DNA of 64,000 nt from Myripristis murdjan (GCF_902150065.1 NC_043987.1:1625386-1689385), one strand, 5' to 3'; counted from the stretch's first letter, positions 1-12,167 are shown. Made by a program: numbers and translations. Notes: a model not told the origin generated them from the letters alone.

Positions 1-1081
1 ATTAGTAATCTAGGATGCTCATATTCTTTTGCAGTCAATTTGAAAATTGCAGTGTCACAATTTGTGTTAGCAACAGCAGCACAAACCTTGCTGTGAATTA
101 ACAAAGATTTAATTAACCTTTTATCGGTAAATAAATTTGCAAGAAAATTAGAAGGAAAAGGAACAAAGTGAGCACAAAAATCACCCAAAATTTTGTTAAA
201 AAATAAAGTTTAGATCAGTGACTACTAGAGCAAATGTCTTGTGAGGCTATGTTTAAGTTAAAAAAAAAAAATACAAAAGTTGGAGAGAGGTATATTAGCT
301 TTAACCACAACACAACAGAATGGTCTAGCGTGGTGGAATTAGAGAGACCAGGCTGGTGGTCAGTCAGTCTTGTGAGATTCTCAGTGAATCTCCTATCTGA
401 TGAAAGGCTGCCATATTTTATAGAAAAAAAACATCTTTTTTGATAATCTTTTTGGATTTTGAGAGGTTACCCAAAAGGCATATGTCAGGATTCATTGGGA
501 AAGTGAATTGTGGATACAGCGTCACACAGCCCTGCTGAAAACCCTGCACTTTACTGCCCTCTACTGGAGCACATCGAAAACACAGGGATGAGACTGCAAC
601 TAAATCCATGTAGCCTGGAAGGAGGAAAATACATCTGATGTAAAAATAAATAAATAAATAAATACCTGTACTGAATTAGTTTATGTCCTGAATTTCATGT
701 ACATTTAACACCATTGTTACATAATTTCTTCCACAGTTCTGGTTTAGTCTCTGTATCCAAGTCCCTCTCCCATCTAAGTCTTGATCCAGCAAAAGAAATT
801 GAGTGGGGGACATCTCCGGTCGTTTCCACTGTCCTCGAAGCTTAACCCTTATAAAGTCTCATAACTGTGGGTATTTAAAGAAATCTTTGTCAGGTACTTG
901 GTATTTCTGCTTTAATTATTGAAAAGACATGAATACTCCACTCTTGTAACAATGTTCCAAGCAAGTGACGCCCTCTGTAGGCCAAGACTCTGCCTTGACT
1001 TTAACCTTAACCCTTTACCTAACCTTAACCTTTAAGACTCTCTCTTCTGTTCCTCTCTGCCCCCTGCTTTGTGGCTGGTTG

Positions 1082-1083
<2 letters not shown>

Positions 1084-1160
<77 letters not shown>
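1084..1160. repeat. (CT)n(CA)n compound microsatellite
   Basis: (CT)21 followed by (CA)20. Confidence 0.95.
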
Positions 1161-1163
<3 letters not shown>

Positions 1164-2191
1164 ACAACTTTGTGTATATGTGGGTGGGAGGCATGATGAG
1201 TTGACAAATGTGACACACAGCGCTTGCAGTGTCTATGTACATAACATGCTTTCACCTCATGAAGCAGAAGCCTTGTATTCAGTCAGTCAGAGTATTAATG
1301 TGAATAAGATAACATGGAAACACACTCACTGTTTTGGCGGTGAGATCTGCCCTCATGCACCCAAGTGAGAGCCCCTGCCCTTTCATGCTCTCAGCTCGTC
1401 ACATTGGTGGCAGCAGGCTGGGCAGGTCCCAGTGTGATTGCTGGTGTCAGTGTTGAACTAGTACAAAGCAACAGGACTGAGCCTTCTGACACAGCTTAAA
1501 GGGATAGTTGACTGATTTTGAAAAATTTGGTATTTCACCCCATCCCCCCACCCCCCAGCTGTTACTGAGGTGGACTTCCCCCCAGCTAACAGTCTGAAAA
1601 ATAACCACCATAATCCACTCAAAGAAGGTTTAACATCACTGTACAAGTGTCACTTTCCAACATTAAAATACACATACTGTACAATCATTGAGCGCACATG
1701 GATAGTCGTTTTTTTTTTCCTTGTTATTAATAGCAGATAACTTCTGTACTTCCTGTATCCCTCTGCCAGAGGAGCAGCAGCCACCACAGAAGTAGATTGC
1801 TTTGACTGACTGAACACATAAGCATATTTCAGAGGACAAAAATACCTTTTTCCCAAGTAGCCTATACTGAAAAACAGCTGACAGGTAATATTGTGGCGAG
1901 CTCCTTCTTTCCTCCTCGCCCCTCTATTCCATGTCCCGTTCAGGCTCCTGCCAGCCGCCGCCGCACCTGCAGAGCACAGAGCTGACACAGGACAAGAATC
2001 CAGTCCTGCTGATGAGTTCTGTGTAACGGGCTACATTTTTACACCATTTTCAGATGTGGAAATTCTGCTACGCATTATCAAACTTTGTTTACGAGCCAGT
2101 TTGAGTCGATCAAGGTGGTCATTGTTAAGAACATTAGCTGGAGGGAGGTCCAAGTCAATGGCAGGAGGCTAACAGATAACAGTGGCTAATG

Positions 2192-2249
<58 letters not shown>

Positions 2250-2540
2250 ACTTAATTCATCCTCAAAGGCAAATTCAAATGTCCAGCAGCTCATAAAAAA
2301 CAATGCAAAAATAATGCATATAAATAATAAATAATGCATATGTAAATAGAATTAAAATATTATTAAACTAAGCTAAATTTAAAATAGCATAGTGACAATT
2401 AAAATAGTCCAGTGCACAGGAGAGGATGTGGCGGGGGGAGTGTGTGTGTGCGCTTCAGGAGCTGTTAAATAACAGGTAGCATTCGGACCCAGTAACAATG
2501 AGAGGAAGACAGCAGCACAGCTGTCCTGCATACTGTTCCC

Positions 2541-2855
2541 TCCTAACAGCTAGGAGGGATGTGAAATAATATCACATTTTGCCAAATGGGTGAACTATCC
2601 CTTTATGGTTAACTACAACTAAAATACAAAAAGTCTTAAAAAGTCTTAAAAATTATGTTTGAAACTAAAATAAAAAATAATAGTGAGATAAAATCACATT
2701 TAGGAGGGATGTGAAATAATATCACATTTTGCCAAATGGGTGAACTATCCCTTTATGGTTAACTACAACTAAAATACAAAAAGTCTTAAAAAGTCTTAAA
2801 AACTATGTTTGAAACTAAAATAAAAATAATAGTGAGATAAAATCACATTTGGGTG
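2541..2855. repeat. Two tandem copies of an about 159-bp unit (SINE-head-related), followed by a third partial head
   Basis: Unit taggagggatgtgaaataatatcacattttgccaaatgggtgaactatccctttatggttaactacaactaaaatacaaaaagtcttaaaaagtcttaaaaa(t/c)tatgtttgaaactaaaataaaaa(a)taatagtgagataaaatcacatt occurs at 2541-2699 and 2700-2855. Confidence 0.8.
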
Positions 2856-3433
2856 AACTATCCCTTTAAGCTGCTGATGTTACAGATTCCATATTACAGA
2901 CTGTAGCTGTCATGATGTTTGCATGTCTGCTCTGACTCAGGCTAATAATAACAATGTTCTTCATCATGTGCTGCAGAGAATGTAGTTTGATGAAAAGTTG
3001 AATTGAATTAGTTGAATCAACTGAAGAAAGCCTTTAAAATACTGGACACGTTTTAATGCAGTCACTTTAAATTACAGTTCTTCAATCAAATCATCCAAAC
3101 ATGTTTGATCATATCTGTATATCGAGGAAAGATTGAATTCCTGTGACAGGGCCTGTTTAAGGGCTTATGGGTAAGGTGATGCGGTGTGTTGAAGTACAAG
3201 TAGATTAGAAACTGATGTTATGAGACAAATAAGATTTTTTCAAACAAACAAACATCCATGTTAACTTCCTGTCATTAACTGTACAGTTTCCCACTTCCGT
3301 GACAAGCCTGTCGAGCAGCGGCTCAGCCACAAGAAAACATGGGAAGGGAGCAAGTGACCATCAGTGCGCTGAGGTCACAAGGTGCTGCTGCATGCTGGGA
3401 GATGTGCCTCGCTCATGTTCATTAACCCCCAAA

Positions 3434-3878
3434 CAGGGGCGGATCTAGACAAATATTCATGGGGTGGCAAGAGGGTGGCATGGAGACTTTAAGGGGTGGC
3501 AGAAATATTTTTGCTAATTTAATACCAAACGATCCCATATATCAATATTTGCTTGGAAAACCCCCAAATGAGGATATTTTAACTCAAAAACATTCCATTA
3601 TTGTGGTACATGAGTAAAGCATTGAATAGAAAAGCAAAAGGTGGCATTAGAAATATATATTTTGATTTATTTATTTATTCATTTATCAACCCCTTAAATA
3701 GTGGGAGTGTCATCTTTTGCTGCATTTACTTGCACTCGGACATTTGAGTTCGTTTCCGAACAGCCACAATTAAAAAATAAATAATTAAACTGTCTGAAAT
3801 TGGGGTGGCAACTAGGGTGGCAAGGCATTTTTCTAGGGGGGCAGCTGCCACCCCCTGCCACCCCCTAGAACCGCCTAT
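3434..3878. mobile_element. hAT-like MITE (445 bp) with a perfect 8-bp target-site duplication, CCCCCAAA
   Basis: Imperfect 15-bp TIRs CAGGGGCGGATCTAG (3434) and CTAGAACCGCCTATG (3864-3878). They are flanked by identical CCCCCAAA at 3426-3433 and 3879-3886. Internal GGGGTGGCA / TGCCACCCC repeats are present. Confidence 0.7.
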
Positions 3879-4598
3879 GCCCCCAAATGACTGTCGTCCT
3901 CGTGAAACACTCTGATATTTGGCTGAAAACAAAACACATTTATCTTTTGGAATGAGGCTTTTTGAAAAGGTATAGTGTATAGGTAGTGCCCAGGAATTTG
4001 GTTCCTTCATTTATAAATGTTTTTTTAAGAAGTAATCAGACTGGACACACAAAACAACACCTCAAGCACACAGGCCAGTGCAAACAAAGCCGCTAATATC
4101 TCATAAAAAAACAGCAAATCCCTGTGCCCATTTTTTTTTTTTCATGTAATTACAATTATTTGTGAATGTATTATCAGGTTGTTTCCTCTTGGCACAAGGT
4201 TATTATAAGTTTCCTGCAGATGCTACCTGCTAGATCAACTTTCCATTTCAAAAATAACAACATTCAGTTTCCAAAAGAATGGGCACCAGGCCTTGCTGTT
4301 TTTGTGGACTCACATCACGCCCAGCTCATACAACCAGCACTCCACCAAGTTCACTTCTGCTTTACCTTACATGCACATTTTCCTTTGATTTGCACACTTG
4401 GCTTGGCCGTGTGTGTGAGATGTGTTTGCACCTGATGCATATGGCTCTGGATTAAGCAGCACCCTCCTCCCCGTCTGACAGGTTGCAAGGCTTATGGACG
4501 ACAACATGCCCCGCCCATCTGAGCCTCTTGGTCAAGCTCCCAACCCTTTGGCTCAGTGGCAACCTGTCCTTGTTGAAAGATTTCAGCACATCACAGGC

Positions 4599-4601
<3 letters not shown>

Positions 4602-4632
<31 letters not shown>
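4602..4632. repeat. (CA)n microsatellite in the TLCD3B 5' leader, 12 nt upstream of the ATG
   Basis: (CA)15 ending at 4632 (acacacacacaaac), with the ATG at 4644. Confidence 0.9.
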
Positions 4633-4637
<5 letters not shown>

Positions 4638-4643
4638 GGAAGC

Positions 4644-4762
4644 ATGTTGGCCCTCATGGCTGCTGGCTCCGTCTTCTTCCCCGGCCTCTTCCTCCTGTCT
4701 AAGCAGAGTCTGCAGCGCATGTTGAGATGGACCGAAGGCGACGCAGACATTGTTTCTGCTCG
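4644..4762 (+). CDS. tlcd3b: TLC-domain protein (FAM57B/TLCD3B-like) coding exon 1, ATG to GT donor
   Basis: ATG at 4644. Translation MLALMAAGSVFFPGLFLLSKQSLQRMLRWTEGDADIVSAR resembles the recalled human TLCD3B N-terminus (MLTPMVAGGVVFPGLFLLSK...). Donor cg|gtaaga at 4763, phase 2. (CA)n lies 5 nt upstream of the ATG. Confidence 0.8.
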
Positions 4763-4892
4763 GTAAGAACACACACACACACTCACACTTGCGTTCTGCA
4801 TAAACACTGGAGCTGGGTGGCTTGTCCAGTGACTGAAAGCGGAGAGAAAAAAAAGCACTTGTTGACCACATGCTGCTGTCCTTTCATATCAG

Positions 4893-4976
4893 CCTGGTGT
4901 CATCCATTCAAGCTGTCATGGCCTCTACAGCAGGATGTATTATCATCTCTTCTTGCAAGGACATCATGGAAGACAA
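4893..4976 (+). CDS. tlcd3b: TLCD3B-like coding exon 2
   Basis: Acceptor tttcatatcag|C and donor AA|gtgagt. Translation LVSSIQAVMASTAGCIIISSCKDIMED continues the reading frame across the splice. Confidence 0.8.
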
Positions 4977-5335
4977 GTGAGTACAAACCTGTATGTGTGT
5001 GTGTGTGTGTGTGTGTGTCTACATGCTTTGTATACTTCTTGAGTTGTTCACATGTATTCGTTGCCTATATATGGCAGTGATAGTGGTTGTCTATGGGAAG
5101 CCCTTAACTTGCAGTGACATTTTGATGGGTGTCCACACAAGCATGGCAGTGCTTGGCTGTAAATGTTCTATTCCTGTTCTTATCGTCCCGGCTCGATTGC
5201 GTTTTCGTGTCTCATGATGATTTCAGTGCTGCTTCAGATGCTGACAAGACTGAGAGATGTCAAATATCAGCGCAAAATATCATCTTTTTGGCTTGCCAGC
5301 TTCTAAAACGATCGGTGTCATCACTCAGAAAACCC

Positions 5336-5625
5336 CAAATTGCTCAAACCCTAACCCTAACCCTAACCCTAACCTAACCCTAACCCTAACCCCAACCAAC
5401 CCTTGCTCTAACCCTAACCCTAAACCTAACCTAACCCTAACCCTAACCCCAACCTAACCCTTGCTCAAACCCTAACCCTAACCCTAACCCTTGCTCTAAC
5501 CCTAACCCTAACCCCAACCTAACCCTAACCCTAACCTAACCTAACCCTAACCCTAACCCTAACCTAACCCTAACCCTAACCCTAACCCCAACCAACCCTT
5601 GCTCTAACCCTAACCCTAACCCAAA
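5336..5625. repeat. Interstitial telomeric repeat array, (CCCTAA)n C-strand on +, with periodic CCTTGCTC interruptions
   Basis: About 40 CCCTAA/CCTAA units in TLCD3B intron 2. Variant blocks (aaccaacccttgctctaaccctaa) recur at roughly 60-120 bp spacing, indicating a higher-order repeat. Confidence 0.9.
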
Positions 5626-6831
5626 GTCTGGTGCATGCATGAACATGTGAACATGCCTGTACACCAAAGAGTGATTTCTCTCGTGTCCCTCATGTAATCT
5701 AATTACAATTTCAGCCTAATTAGTCTTTCTCCAGCCAGGCCAGCAGCAGCAGCGGCAGCAGTGCTATTTTGGTGCCACTAAGACGCTCACACTCATCACT
5801 AATCTGCCGCCCGGCGGAGGATGGGCAGTGATTGAGTGGATGGAATATGAGACAGCACGACGGGAGGGCTTCCTCGACTCCCACATTTCCCAGTCAAAGT
5901 GGGTCTTGTTGTTCTGAGCCCTATTTGGTTACCAAATAACACCGCAGCCTTGGTTCTCGTACAGCAAGGAACCCTGGGTAGGTGGCACTTTAACCCTACA
6001 GCAGGGTTTCACAGGTGTCAGCCGGCCTAATGGGCTCAGTTCACAGGTTGGACCAGTATCAGGTTGGATAGCTGGTGATATGTTGGGCTGATATTCCGTG
6101 TCCTGAGAGAACAGAGTGCTCAGAGGTGTGCTCGTGCCTCTGAAGCAGCTCCCATCACACCGACTGCTGGTGCCGCTGATAATCACACAGCTCATCTGTC
6201 ACCGTGCTGCATGTCTGGACTTTTGCTGAACTTCTTGGTGTCGTGTGTTTCCCCTGGACTCAGTGGTTGTGGACTTGGTTGTTTTGAGTTCCGTCCCTGC
6301 TCTGTGTGTCCCTCATGTCCACGTGCTGCTTTGCCCTGCTGTGTCTCACCTGAGGGTTTTCACCTGTGTCTTGTCCCCCCGTTTGCTGGTCCCGCCTCCT
6401 GTGCTTTCCTAGCCAGTCAGCTCCTTGTTTGCTCCTCCCCAGCTGCTCTGGCTTGGTCTGCTTTGCCTGCCACACCCTCACTGTCTTCCTGGATAACCAG
6501 TCCTCTGTCTCGTGTCCCTCCTCTTCTCCAGGTGTCTTGCTCTCAGTTCAGTTTTTTTTTTTTTTCCAATTCATTTGCCACTTTCCATTAGTGTTTGACT
6601 GTTCCTGTTCCCTGAGTTTTGCTCTTTGTGCTTCTAGCCTGCCAGTAACCTGAGTTTGGTAATAAATAGTGTGTTACTGCAGTTCCTGTGCCTACCAACT
6701 CTTTGCTCCTGCGTTTGGGTCCACCTGCACATGTGGAATTTATGGTTGCTATATTTTGGGAGTGTCAGCATGGGTTTGTTAGTTCTCACACACTCACACA
6801 GAAAAATAATGGTTATAAAATGGTTCCTTAA

Positions 6832-7134
6832 CCCTTTATAGGGCAAGTGACTATTTTTGGTAATTTCAAAAATTTTACATATCACGCTCATCCCCTGTCT
6901 CAGTTAGTTCAATAATCATTTGGTCTTCACCCAGCCAATCAGCAAAGATCGCTCTACATCCCAGGTCACATGATTGTGGCATTTGACCAATCTCACTGGC
7001 TTTGATTTTCTATAGGAAAATGAAATTTTTTGAAAAAATTTATAAAAGTAATAAAGTCCTGTCATGTTCTCTAATAGCAGTCTAGGGTTGTTTTTTTGAA
7101 TTTCAAAGTATTTCAATGAGTGCCCTATAAAGGG
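6832..7134. mobile_element. piggyBac-type MITE (303 bp) with TTAA target-site duplication
   Basis: TIRs CCCTTTATAGGGCA (6832) and TGCCCTATAAAGGG (ends 7134). They are flanked by TTAA at 6828-6831 and 7135-7138. The CCC...GGG termini with TTAA are the piggyBac hallmark. Confidence 0.75.
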
Positions 7135-7629
7135 TTAAAAGTCTGTGGTTCCATGAAAAACCATCAACTGCTGAAGAAGCACTTTGTTCAGTGGATTGTT
7201 CTCTATTTGGAAAAAGAAAAGAAAAGAAAAGAAAAGTACCTTCATTGAACTGGCCCAGCCAAGAACTGTTCTGAAAAAGGTTCTTTGGAGAGTTTTTTTG
7301 GTTTGTTTTGGGTTTTGGTTCAAATTCACCCCTCAAAGAACTTTTCGATGGGTTAAGGGATTCTTTAAAGAGTCATTGAAGAAATGGTTCTTTAAAGCTG
7401 GGGCAGGTGACTTTGCAGAGTGGGTGGACTTTTGTTGACTATGTGAACTCAAGCAGCTCAAACTGCCCCCAACTGAGATTCAGCCCCTCGTCCAGTCCAA
7501 TGCAGTGGGGGAGACGGGGCTGGCAGGGAAACTCCAAATGACAGAATAATTGAATAACTGAAGTGATTCGAATGAGATATTTGGATCAGATTCCACCGAG
7601 GTTATTACAGGGACAGTTCAACCATCTTG

Positions 7630-7785
7630 AGAAATATGATATCTCACTTCCCTCCAGCTGTTCTATAGGACAGTAGTGGTGCTCTCTTCCTCTCATTGTT
7701 ACTGAGTGCTGGATACTGGCTGGATGCTCCACATGCTAACTGTTAGCCTCCTGCCACTGAGCTGAACTTCCCTCCTAACCTTGAT
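7630..7785 (+). mobile_element. SINE-like element copy (TLCD3B intron 2)
   Basis: Sequence ccagctgttctataggacagtagtggtgctctcttcctctcattgttactgagtgctggatactggctggatgctccacatgctaactgttagcctcctgccactgag. Confidence 0.65.
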
Positions 7786-8038
7786 GGAATCTGATCCGAA
7801 TGTCTCATTAGAATCACTTAAGTTTAAGATCTTCCCCTAGACAACCATTGTAGTACTGATATATTCTGTGACAAATCTGTAAACAGGTAAACTGCGTCAT
7901 ATTTATTATATCACAAGTGGACAGCGCTGACTGATTTTTAATAAAGGGCGATTATCAGCCAGGCAACACGAGCAAAAAAAGAAAGCGTCTCTCTCCTGTG
8001 ACTCACTTGGCCTTCCTCTCCCTGTCTCTGCTCCTCAG

Positions 8039-8258
8039 GCACTGGCTGACCAACAACTACATTCTCTTTGCCACACCTTACTTTGCTTTCGACATTTATG
8101 CCATGTTCCTGTGCTACTGGCACAAGCTGCAGGTCAAAGGGCACGAGGAGGCCGGCCACAGGTCGATGGGCGCTGCTGTGGGAGGCTACCTGCGCCGCGA
8201 GCTGCTCATGGTGCTGCATCATGTCTTCATGGTGGCTTTTTGCTTTCCTGCCTCCGTG
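8039..8258 (+). CDS. tlcd3b: TLCD3B-like coding exon 3 (TLC domain core)
   Basis: Acceptor ctcctcag|GC and donor GTG|gtaact. Translation HWLTNNYILFATPYFAFDIYAMFLCYWHKLQVKGHEE...LMVLHHVFMVAFCFPASV matches six-frame ORF 7998-8297 and the TLC-domain motifs. Confidence 0.85.
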
Positions 8259-8686
8259 GTAACTATGGGGAAAACTAAGGATCCGTGGATGCGATAGAGA
8301 TGGGGCGTGAATGAGTGAATAAAGCATGCACCAAGGATTTTACTTGAAACTTTAATTGTCCTGACTAAAGACACAACCCTAGACATAGAGTTGATACGCT
8401 ATATGGAGTTTGACCTCTCAAACATTTACGGAAATATGTTCCACTTCCTGTTTGCAAGTCTTCACTATCAACGTTTTTGTGTGTGTCGTGGCCAGACAGT
8501 TGCAGGTATCAAAATACTGCGACTCAGTGATGATGCAGGCAGCTGAAATATATTGTGTGTAAAATTTCATTGCAAACAAAGCAATGTTGCTCTAACATCA
8601 AGCATTTAGGAATCATGCCTCTTCTCTGCTCCCTTACAGTTACTATGAAATCTATCAAAATGCATCATTTGTGTTCTCTGTGTTCT

Positions 8687-8736
<50 letters not shown>

Positions 8737-8738
8737 AG

Positions 8739-8834
8739 TTCTGGAGGCAGGGGAAGGGCGATTACTTCCAGGGCGTCTTGTTTCTGGCTGAGCTCAGCAC
8801 ACCGTCTGTCTGCTTGGGGAAAGTCCTAATTCAG
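8739..8834 (+). CDS. tlcd3b: TLCD3B-like coding exon 4
   Basis: Acceptor (GT)19-tcag|TTC, with the microsatellite in place of the polypyrimidine tract. Donor CAG|gtgagc. Translation FWRQGKGDYFQGVLFLAELSTPSVCLGKVLIQ. Confidence 0.8.
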
Positions 8835-9381
8835 GTGAGCAACCATTCAGTCCACCAAGTATCTGCATATAGGTGAGTGTGTCCATGTTTCCTGATTACT
8901 TCTGTGCACGCACCTCTTTAATAGTGGAGTTATGTCACATCTTGTATAAATACACTATATGGACAAAAGTATTGGGCCACAGCTCTTAATCACTGACTTC
9001 AGGTGTTTCATTCAGTCCCATTGCCACAGGTGTATAACCTCCAGCAGCTAGCCATGCAGTCTGCCTTTACATTACATTAGTGAAGGAACGTCTCGTTCTA
9101 AAGAGCTCACTGAGTTCCAGTGTGCTGCTGGAATAGTAATGTGATAGGTGCAACAAGTCAGGCAAGGCATCAACATCAGCACAGAAACTGTGAGCCGGGA
9201 GCCGAAAAAAAAAAAAAAAAAGAGTTTGCATGATCTATCACACGCCTCTCCTCTACTACAGTATTAATTGTGTTTTAAAACTGACTTGAGGAGTTTGAAG
9301 TGTGAGATAACATGGCTTGCGCTGCTTGTTTCGTGTTTATTTCACCTTTCCCCTCTCTGTCTTTCCTCTCTCCGAACTTGA

Positions 9382-9642
<261 letters not shown>

Positions 9643-10262
9643 TAAGATTTAATTTAACAGTGTTAATGTCCTCAAGGGATTGTTCACCCTATTTGAATAA
9701 TTTGATGTTATCCCCCAGCTGTTGTGTAGGACAGTAGTGGTGCTATCTTCCTCTCATTGTTACTGAGTGCTGGATACTGGCTGGATGCTCCACATGCTAA
9801 CTGTTAGCCTCCTGCTATAAATTGGAATAACCTTGACTGAATTCAGGATTAGTGGTAGAAAACACTAATCTTGCCTTTGCTCATGAGATAAACTGCTATA
9901 ATCATGAAAGTGCAGAGATTTCAGCTGTTATTCTTGTCATCAGTGTCAAATGTTCTACATGCTTTTATCACTTGATTAATTCAGTGAGCTTTCAGTGCAC
10001 TTATTGTTGGCCACTTTATCCCTCTGGTTGCTGACAAGCTTTAAGACAAAAGACTAGTCTGCTTAGCGAGGGCTAGTGATAATCCCTGCCTTATGTGATC
10101 TGTGAGGTGAGTGACAGCTGATAGTGGAAACAGACAGTTAATCTGATCCGAATCCTCCTGCATGCCATGGAAGACAAAGCATAATTTGTGCATTGATAAA
10201 TATGTGTCTTTAGCCTATTTAAAGACAGAGATGGGGGAAGCACAACTAATGTCTAGCAGCAA

Positions 10263-10688
10263 CTAGTTCCACGTTCGTGGTGCAGCTACTGCAAAGGCTC
10301 TGTCAGCTGGTGTTATTGAGTCATGACCGAGGGACATACAAGAGAGATTTGTTGTCAGATCTAAGAGACCTAGGAGCTGGAGAGCCAGTGAATAAGGTCT
10401 ATGACCATTAAGAGCCTTGAATGTAATCAATAAGATTTTAAACTGGATCCTAAAATGGACAGGAAGCCAATAAGGAGAGGGTAGGACTGGGCTGATGGGC
10501 TTGCACTTTTTAATACCAGTCAGCATCCTTGCAGCTGCATTCTGAACTGACTGCAGGCGAGATAGTGAAGACTGAGGAAGGCCAAAGTAAAGGGAGTTGC
10601 AGTAGTCCGGTCGTGATGAACGCATGAAGAACTTTTTCCATGTCATGGAAGCAGAGAACTGACGAGAAGTTTGGATGTCATGATTCAC
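10263..10688 (-). mobile_element. LINE (non-LTR retrotransposon) ORF2 C-terminal fragment
   Basis: The 141-aa ORF contains ...SLYFGLPQSSLSRLQSVQNAAARMLTGIKKCKPISPVLPSPYWLPVHFRIQFKILLITFKALNGHRPYSL..., the conserved C-terminal motif of vertebrate LINE ORF2 proteins. There is no upstream RT domain, so it is a truncated dead copy in TLCD3B intron 5. Confidence 0.55.
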
Positions 10689-11932
10689 AGGATTGAAGGC
10701 GGCACTAGGATCTAGTAGATCTCATGTGTCAGTGCTGTGGAGGGCTTTGAACCCTGATTGAAGCAGATCATGGATCTTGTTGGCATTCAGGAATCTTTGT
10801 ATTTGTGGCGGGACAATTTTCTGAAGGGAAGTGCAATTATATCACATTTTTCAAAATAGGTGAACTATCCCTTTAAGGAAAAACTTAAAGTGCTGCGATT
10901 CTAAAATTTGACAGGTGTTAATATCAGTGGTTACTGACCTTATTATGACTGCTGACTGGAAGTTGTAGTTTTCTCACTGTTTGACCATATTATGTTGATC
11001 TGCTAAAAGAAATGAATAGAAATAGTTTAGAAGGCAGAACTTGAGCACACTGTAGTTTGATAGCAGATGATTGGGGAAATAACAGGTGAACCAAAACTAC
11101 AAGTTAAAACTGTAAAACTGCTGGTGTAATTACATCTATTTCAAATTCAACCGTAGCAATAAATAATTCAGAAAATATCTAGAGGAGCATTTTATGGGGT
11201 TTGCTGGTAAGCAAAGCAGCATTAATCATTTGGAGCCTTAGCAAATTGACTTGATTTCTCCCTAAAACATGGGGTAAAGGTTATGAGCAAATTAACAAGG
11301 AATGACCTGAACAAGATCAAGAAAGAAAATGAAAAATTACAAATAAAAAAAAAACAAGAAAATTACTTGTTAATTAGACAAAAAACTTTCAAGAAAATCA
11401 TCAGGTAATTAGCATAGATAGATAGATAGATAGATAGATAGATCTATTACATTACATTATAAGAAAATTATCAGCAAATCACAAAAGAAATTGGCAATGC
11501 ATAAATAAATAAATAATACATTTACAAAAAAATGTGAAGAAATTGCAAGAAAACTATATTTAGAATTATTATGATTGTGTATTTACATATAAATATATGT
11601 AAATTACCATAAAATTACTACAAAAAGTTAAAAAAGAGAAAAGAAAAGAAAAGAAAAGAAAGAAAAAACAATAACATTACTTCCAAATACTGATTTTTTT
11701 TGTGTGTAAAATTACCATAAAATTACCAAATGAAATAAAATAAAGTAATTAAATAAAAAGCATGGTCAGTTTTGTCAGGAGAGTGAAATCAAAGCCCTGC
11801 CTGCAGAGTCCTGGGTTTCGTACCATCACACAGCCATGAGTTTGCATGGAGTTTAAAGTTGCACCATCCGAGAAGCTGACAGAATAGCTAGCTGCTGGCT
11901 TTAACAATAGCGCCCTCTGGCTTGTGTTCTAG

Positions 11933-12167
11933 GTATGCCTCCATCCCAGTGTACATGGTACCCCTGGTGGCCCCATGGCAGTGCAACATGGGAGCGGCTC
12001 TGCTCATGGCTCTGCAGTTCTACTGGTTTGGCCTCATCTGCAGAGGAGCCCTCCGCCTTTTCACCAGAAAAAGCCCACCGATGCCCACAGAGGAGTCAGA
12101 TGGCCGTCCACCCCCGGACAGCCAACCCGTGTCCCAGCAGCTGGAGGAAGAGACACACAAACACTGA
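11933..12167 (+). CDS. tlcd3b: TLCD3B-like terminal coding exon (ends TGA 12165-12167)
   Basis: Acceptor cttgtgttctag|G. Translation YASIPVYMVPLVAPWQCNMGAALLMALQFYWFGLICRGALRLF...THKH*, from ORF 11922-12167. Total CDS is 864 nt, 287 aa, in frame across all six exons. Confidence 0.85.

Noticed and set aside
2541-2855. Regular 159-bp direct repeats that could superficially resemble a CRISPR-like array
   Set aside because: This is a eukaryotic nuclear locus. The units are SINE-head-derived tandem duplicates without unique spacers. CRISPR is not applicable.
6211-6653. Overlapping 126-aa and 95-aa plus-strand ORFs rich in Ser/Pro/Cys/Leu
   Set aside because: The region is strongly C/T-biased on the + strand and ends in poly-T. 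This is a composition artefact in TLCD3B intron 2, probably the 3' tail of a repeat. There is no homology or splice context.
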